DNA of 63,194 nucleotides, filler included, from Candidatus Woesearchaeota archaeon (lineage in GTDB: Archaea > Nanobdellota > Nanobdellia > Woesearchaeales > J072), in NCBI GenBank assembly GCA_003695265.1. It is 9 parts of 9 records of this genome, joined end to end, with 100 filler letters (N's around TTAATTAATTAA, not from the genome) between each part and the next. Parts side by side here need not be neighbours in the genome. Positions count along the whole stretch, not along the records: positions 1 to 12,464 come from RFII01000094.1; 8 more parts are not named here. The stretch is one strand, 5' to 3'. Each line of letters begins with the position of its first letter. Position 1 is the first letter of the stretch. The notes under the pieces were generated by a model. That model saw only the letters and a list, made by a program, of their open reading frames with translations. It ran no database searches and was not told where the DNA came from. This document shows positions 1 through 9,967 of this stretch, piece after piece. Both the position numbers and the translations under genes were made by a program.

Positions 1-396
1 CTCTGGCGAGGCGCATGTAGCCCTTGAACCAGAGGTGTCCGAATGGGACTTCCCTTTAAAATCCGAAAGGATGGGGGACGCAGGGAATTGAAACATCTTA
101 GTACCTGCAGGAAAAGAAACCAACAGGGATGCTGTTAGTAAGGGCGACTGAAAGCAGCACAAGGCAAACCGAATCTGCTGCAGAAATGCAGTAGGCATGT
201 GGTGTTTGGACCGCAACATGGGGCCTCGTGAGTGATCTGAAGTCTTCTGGAAAGAAGCACCGCAGAGGGTGATAGTCCCGTAAGAAAAGCTCAAAGGTTC
301 CTAGCGAGTTCCAGAGTAGCGCCTCTTGGATATGAGGTGTGAATGTGGGAGACATCAACTTCCAACCTTAAATACGTTTTGAGACCGATAGCGAAG

Positions 397-427
<31 letters not shown>

Positions 428-1066
428 TTGATAGGGAGTGAAAAGACCCTGAAACCTAACAGTTACAGTGAGGTACTGCTCGAAAGAGTTGTGCCGTGCG
501 TTTCGAATAACGTGCCAGGGAGTTTAGATCTGTGGCAAGATTAACCTGAAAAGGGGTAATCATAGGGAAACCAACAAACTCGCAGTTTTACGAGGAGTGG
601 GGTGTGAAAGCGCCTAAAGTCACAGGTCTATGACCCGAAACCGGACGATCTAACCCAGGGTAGGGTGAAGCGGAGGTAAAACTTCGTGGAGGCCCGAAGA
701 GGTTCTACGGGCAAGTGTTCTTCTAACCTTGGGCTAGGGGTGAAAAGCCAATCGAGTTCGGTGATAGCTGGTTCCTGCCGAAGTTGGCCGAAGTCAAGTC
801 TCAGACGAGACAGCTAGAATGGTAGAGATACGGATTGGGGGTTTAGGCCTGGAAACAGGTCGGCTCCTCGTCCAACTCCGAATATTCTAGCGTTGTAGAC
901 TCTGAGAAACGGGGGCTCGGGGTAAGCTTGAGTTCCGAGAGGGGAACAACCCAGACTGCAGTTAAGGCCTCTAAGTGCTGATTAAGTGTTAAAGGGTGAA
1001 CAGTGTTTACAGCCATAGACAGCGAGGAGGTTGGCTTAGAAGCAGCCATCCTATAATAAGTGCGTA

Positions 1067-1109
1067 TACTTGGCTACGTTTCTTTAAGAAATGGAGCCTT
1101 GCTCGCAAG
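1067..1109 (+). other. 43-nt BHB intron in 23S H44 loop (about E. coli 1095)
   Basis: Interrupts GCGTA|ACAGCT; central helix TGCG/CGCA with 3-nt bulges TA|T and AG|A. Confidence 0.85.
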
Positions 1110-2260
1110 ACAGCTTACTTGTCAAGGTTGTAAGCCTGGAAGATGGACGAGGCTAAATCAGCCGCCGATACTGCAGACAACCGAAAGGTTAGTGGTAGGC
1201 AGGCGTTCTGGAAGAGCAGAAGCATCTCTGAGAAGAGGTGTGGATCTTTCAGAAATGAAAATCCTGGTGAGAGTAAGAGCAGAGTAGTGTGAGAATCACT
1301 ACCACCAAAAGGGCAAGGGTTCCTTGACAATGAAGTTCAGTCAAGGGTAAGTCGATCCTAACCAAGCTCGTAATGGGAGCAAAGGGAAAGGGAAGCAGGT
1401 TAATATTCCTGCACTATTCAAATATACGCGGCGACGCAAGTCGTGCTTCCGACGCTTCCGGATAGGCTAACACAAACCATCGTTTGTGTCAACTGTGATA
1501 AATCAGGGGAGTATTGTAATGATGAGAACCTGATTAAACGCAGGATGAGTATGGCGTATGCTGTATTTAGCTGATTCCAGGAGCCCGTGAAAAGGGAGCA
1601 CGAAAAGATTTTGAATAATCGTACCCAGAACCAGTACAGGTGCCCCTAGGTGAGAAGCCTAAGGTGTGAGGGATTAATCTAATTGAGGGAATTCGGCAAA
1701 TTGGCCCCGTACCTTCGGAATAAGGGGTCCCTGCGGTAGTTGTTGCATGACAGCCATTGCAGGGCTCAGTGACTAGGGGGGTCCGACTGTTTAACAAAAA
1801 CTTAACTTCCTGCTAGCCCGCGAGGGTGTGTATAGGAGGTGAAGCCTGCCCAGTGTCAGTACTTAAAACTCCATTCCAATGGAGCTAAGAGCTGACAAAC
1901 GGCGGGGGTAACTATAACTCTCTTAAGGTAGCGTAATACCTTGTCGTTTGAATGACGACTTGCACGAATGGCGTAACGAGATCCCCACTGTCCCCAATTA
2001 GAATCCCCTGAAAACTCCTTTCCGGTGCAAAGGCCGGAGATCTCCAGTGGGAAGCGAAGACCCCGTGAAACTTTACTGTAGCCTGTAGTTGCGATGTGAG
2101 GCTTGGTGTGCAGTGTAAGTGGGAGCTGCTAAGTCACAGTCGTCAGGTTGTGAATAGGCGTCGATGAGACACCACTCTCCAAATCTTATGTCGCTAACTC
2201 TCAACGAGAGGACATCTATAGGTGGACAGTTTGGCTGGGGTGGCACCCTGCTGAAACGAT

Positions 2261-2314
2261 TTTGGGAGCTTGCTAAAGCAGTCAAAAACAGATTCAAGCA
2301 AACTCTGGCGTTAT
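2261..2314 (+). other. 54-nt BHB intron in 23S H81 loop
   Basis: Removal restores CCCTGCTGAAACGATATCAGCAGGG; central helix AACG/CGTT, bulges AT|T and AT|A. Confidence 0.88.
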
Positions 2315-2352
2315 ATCAGCAGGGCCCAAAGGTTGGCTCACCCGATTCAGAA

Positions 2353-2392
2353 ACATTTGGCGAAGGCAAATATGCCAGCGCCAAAGCTGAGC
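2353..2392 (+). other. 40-nt BHB intron in 23S H84 loop
   Basis: Removal restores CCCGATTCAGAAATTCGGG; central helix TCAG/CTGA; intron hairpin TTTGGCG/CGCCAAA. Confidence 0.85.
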
Positions 2393-2560
2393 ATTCGGGG
2401 TAGAGTGCAAGAGCAAAAGCCAGCCTGATTGGGTTTCTAATAAGATGAAATCCAAACGCGAAAGCGTGGTCTAGCGAACTCCTAAACCTCCTTGATGGGG
2501 GTTAGGAATGACCGAAAAGTTACTCCGGGGATAACAGAGTTGTCGCGCCCAAGAGCTCAA

Positions 2561-2599
2561 AAGCTTTTGTCAAGGCTTACTTGGCGAAAGTGTGGGTTG
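2561..2599 (+). other. 39-nt BHB intron in 23S H89 loop
   Basis: Removal restores AAGAGCTCAAATCGAC; central helix GCTC/GGGT with G-U pairs; 12-bp intron hairpin. Confidence 0.85.
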
Positions 2600-2656
2600 A
2601 TCGACGGCGCGGCTTGCTACATCGATGTCGGCTCTTCCTATCCTGGCCGTGCAGAA

Positions 2657-2702
2657 ATCTGCCCAGCTCACTTTTTGAGGGGTGAACTGGGTTTGATTGT
2701 AT
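2657..2702 (+). other. 46-nt BHB intron in 23S H91 loop
   Basis: Removal restores GGCCGTGCAGAAGCGGCC; central helix GCAG/TTGT; intron hairpin GCCCAG..CTGGGT. Confidence 0.83.
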
Positions 2703-3252
2703 GCGGCCAAGGGTGGGGGTGTTCACCCATTAAAAGGGATCGTGAGCTGGGTTCAGAACGCTGTGAGGCAGTTTGTTTGATATCTACTGGAGATGTTCAG
2801 TGTCTGAGGGGAAGGGCCTTCTAGTACGAGAGGAACGAAGGCTCGAGGCCACTGGTCTACCGGTTATCCGATAGGGTACGCCGGGCAGCTACGCCTTAAG
2901 GGATAAGTGCTGAAAGCATCTAAGCACGAAACCCTCCTCGAAAAGAGACACAGGAACTCCCATAAAAGATGGGTTTGATGGAACCGGTGTGTAAGCTTCA
3001 AGGTAACGAGAAGTTTAGCATGCGGTCCCCAATCGTTCCGCTTCAACTTGCTTTTTGCACGGCTTTTCTTTTTTATTCTAATTTTTTAATGTTGTTTAAG
3101 AGTCGGAAGAAAAACGAATTTTCTTGGATAATTGTATTAAATTTGAGCAAAGTACTGTTTTTTCATTCTCAAAAAGATTGTTAGCAAATTTAAATGTTAA
3201 TTTAATAATCTATCAAAACACTTAAATCCAACCTTGGATTACTTATTTTAAA

Positions 3253-4236
3253 ATGATATGCTTGGGTATTGAGAGCACAGCACACACGTTCGGCGTTGGC
3301 ATTGTGAATGATAAAGGCCAAATCCTTGCTAATGAAAAGGATGCTTATACCACAAAAAGTGGAGGTCTCATACCAAACAAGCTAGCAGAGCATCACGTTG
3401 AGTGCTGTGATGCTGTTTGGAAAAACGCTTTGAGAAAAGCAAAGCTCTCAATGAAAGACATTGATGTTGTTTCTTATTCTGCTTCTCCTGGATTAGGGCA
3501 TGCTTTGCGGATTGGAGCAATGTTTGCGAGAAGCATAGCAAAGATTTACAAAAAGCCTTTGGTAGGGTGCAACCATTGCATTGCGCATCTTGAGATAGGT
3601 AGGATGATTTCAAGAGCAAAGGATCCTGTGCTGCTTTACGTTTCAGGCGTGAACACACAGGTAATTGCCTATGAGTCAGGAAAATACAGGATTTTTGGAG
3701 AAACATTAGATCAAGGAATAGGTAATTTTCTTGACAGTTTTGCAAGACATATCGGATTGGGGTTTCCAGGTGGTCCAAAAATAGCAGAGCTTGCCAAGAA
3801 AGGAAAGAATTACATCGAACTGCCTTACACTGTTAAAGGAATGGATGTCAGCTTCGGCGGCTTGTTAACAAATGTGAAGCAAAAATATGATTCTGGAAAA
3901 TACAAAGTTGAAGACATCTGCTTTTCAATACAGGAAACTGTTTTTGCGATGCTGACAGAAGTCAGCGAAAGAGCTCTGGCTCATTGCAACAAGGACGAGC
4001 TTGTTCTTGGAGGAGGAGTTGCGTGCAATACCCGCCTGCAAGAAATGGTCAAGATTATGTGCAGTGAACGAAAAGCAAAATGTTACATACCAGAAAACAG
4101 GTTATTGGTGGATAATGCAGCCATGATTGCATGGCTCGGATTAATAATGTTTAAAGCTGGCAATTCTGTAAAGCCGAAAGAAGCTGGGATTAATCCTTAT
4201 GAAAGAACAGATGATGTAAGAGTGAATTGGAGATAA
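3253..4236 (+). CDS. kae1: tRNA N6-adenosine threonylcarbamoyltransferase Kae1 (stand-alone, no Bud32 fusion)
   Basis: LGIESTAHT, NHCIAHLE, GETLD, GGVACN, DNAAMIAW motifs. Confidence 0.96.
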   Translation: MICLGIESTAHTFGVGIVNDKGQILANEKDAYTTKSGGLIPNKLAEHHVECCDAVWKNALRKAKLSMKDIDVVSYSASPGLGHALRIGAMFARSIAKIYKKPLVGCNHCIAHLEIGRMISRAKDPVLLYVSGVNTQVIAYESGKYRIFGETLDQGIGNFLDSFARHIGLGFPGGPKIAELAKKGKNYIELPYTVKGMDVSFGGLLTNVKQKYDSGKYKVEDICFSIQETVFAMLTEVSERALAHCNKDELVLGGGVACNTRLQEMVKIMCSERKAKCYIPENRLLVDNAAMIAWLGLIMFKAGNSVKPKEAGINPYERTDDVRVNWR

Positions 4237-4289
4237 ATATGAAGTATATAAGCAAAGTTTTTATATAAAAAATCCTTTTTATAGATTTC

Positions 4290-4436
4290 ATGAAGCATAA
4301 ATGTGAGGTGTGCGGAAGCAATAATGCCACTTTAATGTGTGCTGCTTGCGGAAGAAGAATTTGCCAAAACTGCTGTAATCCTGCAAAAATCTGCCTGAAT
4401 TGCCAGAAAAGAGTTGTGGTTCAGGATAATTATTAA
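4290..4436 (+). CDS. 48-aa zinc-finger microprotein
   Basis: Manually translated MKHKCEVCG...[12 protein letters not shown]...CLNCQKR; four CxxC pairs; below the ORF-track size cut-off. Confidence 0.7.
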   Translation: MKHKCEVCGSNNATLMCAACGRRICQNCCNPAKICLNCQKRVVVQDNY

Positions 4437-6319
4437 GATCTCTTAATCTTTCTAAGTATGTCCTCTTTTTTATTCCAATCCAGTGCGTTTTCTAAAACCT
4501 GGACAATGTTAGAAACAGGGATTATTTTTATCCTTTTAAGGCTTTGCTCATCAATCACTATGTCTTTGAGGTTTGATTCAGGAACGATAACCTTTTTCAG
4601 GCCTGCTTCTATTGCTGCTTCCACTTTTGAAGAGACGCCGCCAACAGGAAGGACTTCTCCCCTTACAGACAAAGATCCTGTCATTGCAGTGTCCTGCTTT
4701 ACAGGTATCCTCTTCAATGCAGAGATTATTGACACGGCAACTGCAATGCTTGCAGAGTCTCCCTCAACACCCTCATAAGTTTGCAAGAACTGAACGTAAA
4801 TGTCATAAGTCTCTTTTATATCCTCACCAAAATATTTTTTTATGATTGCAGAAACATTCTTTACAGCCTCCTTTGCAATATCACCGAGTTTTCCCGTAGC
4901 AACTATTTCCTTTTCTTTTCCGCCAGGAGTTACCTCAGACTCAATTGGGAGGATTATACCTGAGTAGGCGTCTTCACCGCCAATGACGGCAAGCCCGTTC
5001 ACCCTTCCTACAATGTTTCCTTTTGTCAGGATTATTTCATATTCCTTTCTTTTCTCAATGTACTTATCTGCTATTTGCTGCTCAAGAGTTCTTGCTATTT
5101 TTAACGCTTTTTTGACATGCTTCTCACTAACCACTTTAGCTTTTTCCTCAATTGCAAGATCTCCGGCAGCTCTTACAACACCGCCTAGGTCGCGCAGCCT
5201 TAATGTTAAATGGCCTTTCCTGTTAGCCCTCCTTCTCGCTTCTTCAATTATTGAGATAACAGCTGATTTAGAGAAGTGAGGTATTTTTTTATCTTTAGAG
5301 ACTTCCTGCGCAACAAACTTTGCTATTTTGAAACGGTTCTCAGCATTGTCTTCTATGGTATCATCCATGTAAACCTCATAACCATAACCCCGAATCCTCG
5401 ACCTCAAAGCAGGATGCATGTGCTTGATTGTTTCATAATTGCCAGCCGCAACTAGGATAAATTTACATGGGACTGGCTCAGTCCTCACCATTGCTCCGGC
5501 TGACCTTTCACTCTGGCCTGTTATGGCATATTTTCCTTCCTGCAGGGCAGTAAGAAGCTCCTGCTGAGTGGCTGGCTGCAGAGTTGCGATTTCATCAACG
5601 AAAAGAACGCCCATATGAGCTTTATGAATCATTCCAGCAACAACCCTTTCATGGGCTGGAGTGCCCAAGCCTCCTGTTTGGAAAGGGTCATGCAGCACAT
5701 CACCGAGTAAAGCCCCTGCATGGGCTCCTGTAGCGTCAAAAAAAGGAGAGGATTCCTTGTTAAAATTATCAACTATGAGTTTAGGAACATGATTTCTTTT
5801 CTGCCCCATTCTTTGGCCTAAGTTTATGAACATAACAAAAGCTGCAAGAAACAACATGGCTCCAACAAAAAAGGCAGAGAACATTATTGCTGCAGCAGTG
5901 ATTCCAAACTCGTCCTTGTAATGAGAGAGAGCCCACCAAGGCGCTATCATAGTTATTATAGCAAGAATGAACAAGAACACGTTTTGGTTTTTGAAAATAT
6001 TCATGGACTGCATCCTAGCCCTCATAACAAATTCTCTTCCCTTGCCTGCAGGCATAGTCCTTATCAACGGCTGATTCTCATCATTAGGGTTAAAAAATGA
6101 GAGGACATCAACTAATTTTTCTTTAGGCAAAAGCTCTGCCAAAGCCATGCCAAGCATTGATTTTCCAGTGCCAGGCTCTCCAATTAACAAAACATGCCTT
6201 CTCTGCTGGGCAGCTTTCCGTATTATGTTAACTGCTTTTTCCTGCCCAATAACCTGCTCGATTATTTTTTTAGAAACCTTTATCTCAGCGGTTGTCTTAA
6301 AGTTGAGTTCTTTTACCAT
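4433..6319 (-). CDS. lonB: Archaeal membrane-anchored Lon protease LonB
   Basis: Walker A GEPGTGKS, two TM segments inside the AAA+ domain, GDSAS catalytic Ser, VGGVSSK. Confidence 0.96.
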   Translation of the reverse strand: MVKELNFKTTAEIKVSKKIIEQVIGQEKAVNIIRKAAQQRRHVLLIGEPGTGKSMLGMALAELLPKEKLVDVLSFFNPNDENQPLIRTMPAGKGREFVMRARMQSMNIFKNQNVFLFILAIITMIAPWWALSHYKDEFGITAAAIMFSAFFVGAMLFLAAFVMFINLGQRMGQKRNHVPKLIVDNFNKESSPFFDATGAHAGALLGDVLHDPFQTGGLGTPAHERVVAGMIHKAHMGVLFVDEIATLQPATQQELLTALQEGKYAITGQSERSAGAMVRTEPVPCKFILVAAGNYETIKHMHPALRSRIRGYGYEVYMDDTIEDNAENRFKIAKFVAQEVSKDKKIPHFSKSAVISIIEEARRRANRKGHLTLRLRDLGGVVRAAGDLAIEEKAKVVSEKHVKKALKIARTLEQQIADKYIEKRKEYEIILTKGNIVGRVNGLAVIGGEDAYSGIILPIESEVTPGGKEKEIVATGKLGDIAKEAVKNVSAIIKKYFGEDIKETYDIYVQFLQTYEGVEGDSASIAVAVSIISALKRIPVKQDTAMTGSLSVRGEVLPVGGVSSKVEAAIEAGLKKVIVPESNLKDIVIDEQSLKRIKIIPVSNIVQVLENALDWNKKEDILRKIKRS

Positions 6320-6444
6320 TGTTCAAAAAGCATGAAAAGGTAGTATTTAAAATTTGTTAAAAAACAGCAAAGTTTTTTATGAATTTAAACGAATTTGTTG
6401 CAAAAAAGTTAAGTTTTTATTTTATAAGTAATTTCTTGTCCAAA

Positions 6445-6612
6445 ATGCTGGGGTCAATACTAAAAATCGCAGCAGGATTTTTCGCAGTATTGCTGGTGAT
6501 TAATATTGTTTTGCTTGCAACAGGAAAAATCAGTGTTAAGGTGTTTTGGCTCCTCATAATATTGATTGGTTTTATCGCTTGGAAGGTAATTCCCTTGTTC
6601 AAGAGTGAATAA
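6445..6612 (+). CDS. Small 2-TM membrane protein
   Basis: ATG at 6445, two hydrophobic segments. Confidence 0.55.
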   Translation: MLGSILKIAAGFFAVLLVINIVLLATGKISVKVFWLLIILIGFIAWKVIPLFKSE

Positions 6613-6671
6613 GGGGGTTCAAGGGGGCGCAGCCCCATTGTAAAAATTAATCTCAAAAAAATATGCTCAGC

Positions 6672-6756
6672 AGTCATGTGGTGTAGCAACCTAACTGGTT
6701 ACGCTCGGTTAACACGCAAATGACAAGTGGGGTGTAAGTAAGCTTTAACCCCACTA
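6672..6756 (+). ncRNA. tRNA-like 5' fragment with BHB intron, followed by a hairpin (possible split tRNA piece or pseudogene)
   Basis: AGTCATG-TG-GTGT-AGC|18-nt insert|CGGTTA-ACAC gives a D-arm; no anticodon or T arm follows. Confidence 0.4.
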
Positions 6757-6775
6757 ACAAAAAATCACATTCAAT

Positions 6776-6865
6776 AGCCCTGTGGTGTAGCGGCCAATCA
6801 TCTCGGACTCTGGCAGCTTTTGCTGGAGAAATCCGAGGACCTCGGTTCGAATCCGAGCAGGGCTA
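6776..6865 (+). tRNA. tRNA-Gln(CTG) with 17-nt canonical 37/38 intron (6814-6830)
   Basis: Acceptor AGCCCTG/CAGGGCT, anticodon stem TCGGA/TCCGA, GGTTCGAATCC, BHB CTCT/GGAG. Confidence 0.95.
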
Positions 6866-6965
6866 TTATTTCTTTTAGTATTTTCAATCATAGTAAAAAA
6901 AATCTCGTAATTGTTTCGAATTAAAAAGCAAAACAAACTTATTAATTAGGCGATAATTCTTTATA

Positions 6966-7304
6966 ATGAAAGACTCTGATATTTTAAGGGCAGCTCTTAT
7001 CAGCGGCGTTATTGGAATAATAATTCTTTTTATTATTTTAGACAATGCAAGAATAGAAGAAAAGAATATTTGGGAATTGAATTCATGCAATAAAGAAGAA
7101 ACTGTTAAGATAAGAGGGGTTATTGATGAAATAGAATACAGTAGCTCATCAACAATTATGAAGGTTTCACAGAAAAACATTTTAGTGGTTATTGCCTTTG
7201 GAAATGTTTCAGCGCAAAAAGGGGATTACGTAAAAATTATTGGAAAAATTAATGATGAAGGAAAACTTGTTGCAGAAGAGGTTAAAGTCTTAAAGCCAAA
7301 TTAA
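6966..7304 (+). CDS. Membrane-anchored OB-fold protein
   Basis: N-terminal TM; VKIRGVI...GDYVKIIGKI OB-fold pattern. Confidence 0.7.
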   Translation: MKDSDILRAALISGVIGIIILFIILDNARIEEKNIWELNSCNKEETVKIRGVIDEIEYSSSSTIMKVSQKNILVVIAFGNVSAQKGDYVKIIGKINDEGKLVAEEVKVLKPN

Positions 7305-7348
7305 AAAAACAACAAAATTTAAATACCAATACACGCTAAATTTAATTT

Positions 7349-8011
7349 ATGAAGAGGAAAAGAGGAGACTACAAAGAGAGGTTACAATTATTGCAGCGCT
7401 ACATAAGGCTGTGCGAGAATTACAAGGAAACAGTGAAAAGAACGCACGACGACATTCTGGGCATGCTTTTAGACGAGGAAATAACGTATTATGAGTATGA
7501 GAGGATGATGAATCACGCGTTTAAAGGCAAGAAGCCAGAAGAGTGGAACAGGTACTATGATGAGCTGATCTCAAGGTACAAAAAAGAGGTCAGAGAGATA
7601 AGGCTTAACCAAGGACTTGACATTGCTGCGCTAGCCCTTGTTTTCTTAATAGCGCTCGTGCCTGCGTACTGGGCAACAACCAACAATCTGCAAACAACAG
7701 GCCTAAAAGGAGCAATTATTAATAATGATTTTCCTGTTAATGAACCTCCAAAAATCAAGAGTTACAAGCCGGAAATGCCTAATCCTACAATAAGGCCGGG
7801 CCAGACAGCAGCTTTCAGTGTCGAGGCTGAGGACCCGGAAGGAGGAAACATTAATTACGAATGGTATCTTGACGGAAGGCTGGAAAGCAAAGAAAAAATA
7901 TTCACTTATTCTCCCACAAGAGAGGACTTGGGGTATCACACAGCAGAAGTTATGGTCTTCGACCCTGAAGAACAATTTGACCATTTCTCGTGGGACGTCC
8001 AAGTAAAGTAA
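7349..8011 (+). CDS. Membrane protein with C-terminal PKD/Ig-like domain
   Basis: Central TM; NEPPKI...AEDPEGGNINYEWYLDG. Confidence 0.7.
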   Translation: MKRKRGDYKERLQLLQRYIRLCENYKETVKRTHDDILGMLLDEEITYYEYERMMNHAFKGKKPEEWNRYYDELISRYKKEVREIRLNQGLDIAALALVFLIALVPAYWATTNNLQTTGLKGAIINNDFPVNEPPKIKSYKPEMPNPTIRPGQTAAFSVEAEDPEGGNINYEWYLDGRLESKEKIFTYSPTREDLGYHTAEVMVFDPEEQFDHFSWDVQVK

Positions 8012-8103
8012 GCAGACAATTACAATTTTCTTCGTTGCAAAAAAAGTTATTAATTTAATAGTATTGAATAAACTTTAAATAAGCAGATTCACACAACTAG
8101 TTC

Positions 8104-9486
8104 ATGGTCGACCAGAACTTGATTAATTACATTAGAGACCAGCTTGCGCGGGGCTACTCTGTCAACGTGCTTAGGGATTACCTCATAAGGTATGGTTATG
8201 ACCCAAGAACAGTTGATGAGGCGTTCCGCGCAATTTACACTCCTCCACAGCAAAAAAGCATTAATGCAAAAAACTTGATTCTAGCAGTTATTTTCATTAT
8301 TGGAATTATAGGGTTAGTTTTCACAATAATAAACTTGAAACAAAGCACGCCGAAGCTCTTGGACTTAAGGAGTGAGCCTGTTAATTCCGCTGTTGAGCCA
8401 GGGGACGACCTTGAGTTTATAGTGGAAATCACGAGCCAGGGCTCAAGCAAGAGGTATGATGTTATCCTAAAGCATGAGCTTATCGAGCTTGCCTCCGGCA
8501 AAAAGATTTCAACAAAGGAGGAGTCAACTGCTATTGAGACAAGCGCTTCAAAGCATGTTACAATAGAAATCCCTGGCACTGCAAAGTCTGGAAAATACAG
8601 TTTGAGAACAGAGGCAAGTTATGACGACAAAAAAGCAGTTTCTAGCTTCACGTTCCAGGTCGTGAAAAAAGGGCAGGAAATAATTGAGACTTGCGATGAC
8701 GGCATCAAAAACCAAGGAGAAAAAGGTGTTGATTGTGGCGGACCATGCAAAGCATGCCAAACAGCAAGCTGTAATGATAATATTAAGAACCAAGGAGAGC
8801 AAGGAATAGACTGCGGCGGACCATGCAGCAGGGAATGCGCAGAAGAGCCGACATGCAATGACGGCATCAAAAACCAAGGAGAAACAGGAATAGACTGCGG
8901 CGGACCATGCAAAGCATGCAAAGCAAAGCTCCCGAAAATGGGCATGCGAGAAATACTGGAAAAAGTAAAAGAAACAGCTGAAGAAAGCCCTGAAGAAGCA
9001 GCAGAATACTGCGAGCAGCTTTCAAGCTACAACAAGGACAGCTGCTACAGGATAATAGCAGAGGAAAGCGGCAACAGCAATTACTGCAGTTTCATAGAAT
9101 CCCCACAGAAAAAAGACTCATGCTACTTTTCATTCATATTAAAGGATGACCTGTCCGTGTGTGGCCTGATACAAAGCGAGAACCTCAGGAGAAGCTGCGG
9201 CTCAATGGGAAACTTGGCTCAAGTCAGCAACATAATCGGTGAGGATGGAGAGCCAAATATTGAGGAACTCAAGAGATTGTTCAATATCAGCGTAAACCTC
9301 ACGCAGAAGAGCTATGACAAGATTGACATAATAAGGAATGGCATGAATTCAGGAGCTAGTGATGAGGAAATCCTAATGATGCTGAGAATGCAGATCAACC
9401 AGCAGAACATAGGGTACCTTAACCTCATAAAGGATTACATAAGAGAAGGGAAAACAAATGATGAGATACTGGAACTGCTGTCATAG
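8104..9486 (+). CDS. Membrane-anchored Cys-rich protein (Ig-like domain, 3x CxDxIKNQGExGxDCGGPC repeats)
   Basis: 460-aa ORF, TM near residues 58-77, repeats visible in protein and DNA. Confidence 0.85.
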   Translation: MVDQNLINYIRDQLARGYSVNVLRDYLIRYGYDPRTVDEAFRAIYTPPQQKSINAKNLILAVIFIIGIIGLVFTIINLKQSTPKLLDLRSEPVNSAVEPGDDLEFIVEITSQGSSKRYDVILKHELIELASGKKISTKEESTAIETSASKHVTIEIPGTAKSGKYSLRTEASYDDKKAVSSFTFQVVKKGQEIIETCDDGIKNQGEKGVDCGGPCKACQTASCNDNIKNQGEQGIDCGGPCSRECAEEPTCNDGIKNQGETGIDCGGPCKACKAKLPKMGMREILEKVKETAEESPEEAAEYCEQLSSYNKDSCYRIIAEESGNSNYCSFIESPQKKDSCYFSFILKDDLSVCGLIQSENLRRSCGSMGNLAQVSNIIGEDGEPNIEELKRLFNISVNLTQKSYDKIDIIRNGMNSGASDEEILMMLRMQINQQNIGYLNLIKDYIREGKTNDEILELLS

Positions 9487-9967
9487 GAAAACAGCTCAGT
9501 CAAGAATTTTCGTGTTTGTGATTTCAGCAGTTATTCTTTTACTCATAATCGCGTTTGGCAATTACGCAATTAAGAGCTTTGAATCAAGAAAAGAGCAAGC
9601 AAACGTGATTGTCGCAAAAACAGAGCTTGACAGCAAGTTAAGCCAAATCAAGAATTATATTGGAAGGTCAACAACAATCACTGTCAACATTGAGCCTTAC
9701 AAAGAAGTGTGCTTTGTCGATTATGAGAAAAGCTCTTTTCCACCAGTAAAGATAAGCTCCACTCTTGCAAAGAGCCTCATTGAGGAAGAGGAAAGAACTT
9801 CAAGAAAGGATAACGCGCTGCTAATATCAGATGAAGGTGTTGAGTTTTTCCACATTGATGGAATAAGCCTTAACAAAAAGGTTGCTTGCTTAAAGGCAGA
9901 AAATGGGATTGTGTCAATAAAAGCAGAAGGCAGAGGGTCATCTGTCATGATAGGAGGCAGCATATGA
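9461..9967 (+). CDS. Hypothetical protein with archaeal class III (pilin-like) signal peptide
   Basis: RKTAQ followed by a hydrophobic stretch; start uncertain. Confidence 0.65.
   Translation: MRYWNCCHRKTAQSRIFVFVISAVILLLIIAFGNYAIKSFESRKEQANVIVAKTELDSKLSQIKNYIGRSTTITVNIEPYKEVCFVDYEKSSFPPVKISSTLAKSLIEEEERTSRKDNALLISDEGVEFFHIDGISLNKKVACLKAENGIVSIKAEGRGSSVMIGGSI

Noticed and set aside
3049..3252. No 5S rRNA after the 23S gene
   Set aside because: Unlinked rRNA genes are common in DPANN and other archaea.
6613..6640. GC-rich hairpin CAAGGGGGCGCAGCCCCATTG after a small gene
   Set aside because: Single short hairpin with no second copy in the window; function cannot be supported.
8690..8920. Tandem DNA repeats resembling a CRISPR array
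   Set aside because: In-frame coding repeats of the CxDGIKNQGE module; no unique spacers or cas genes.
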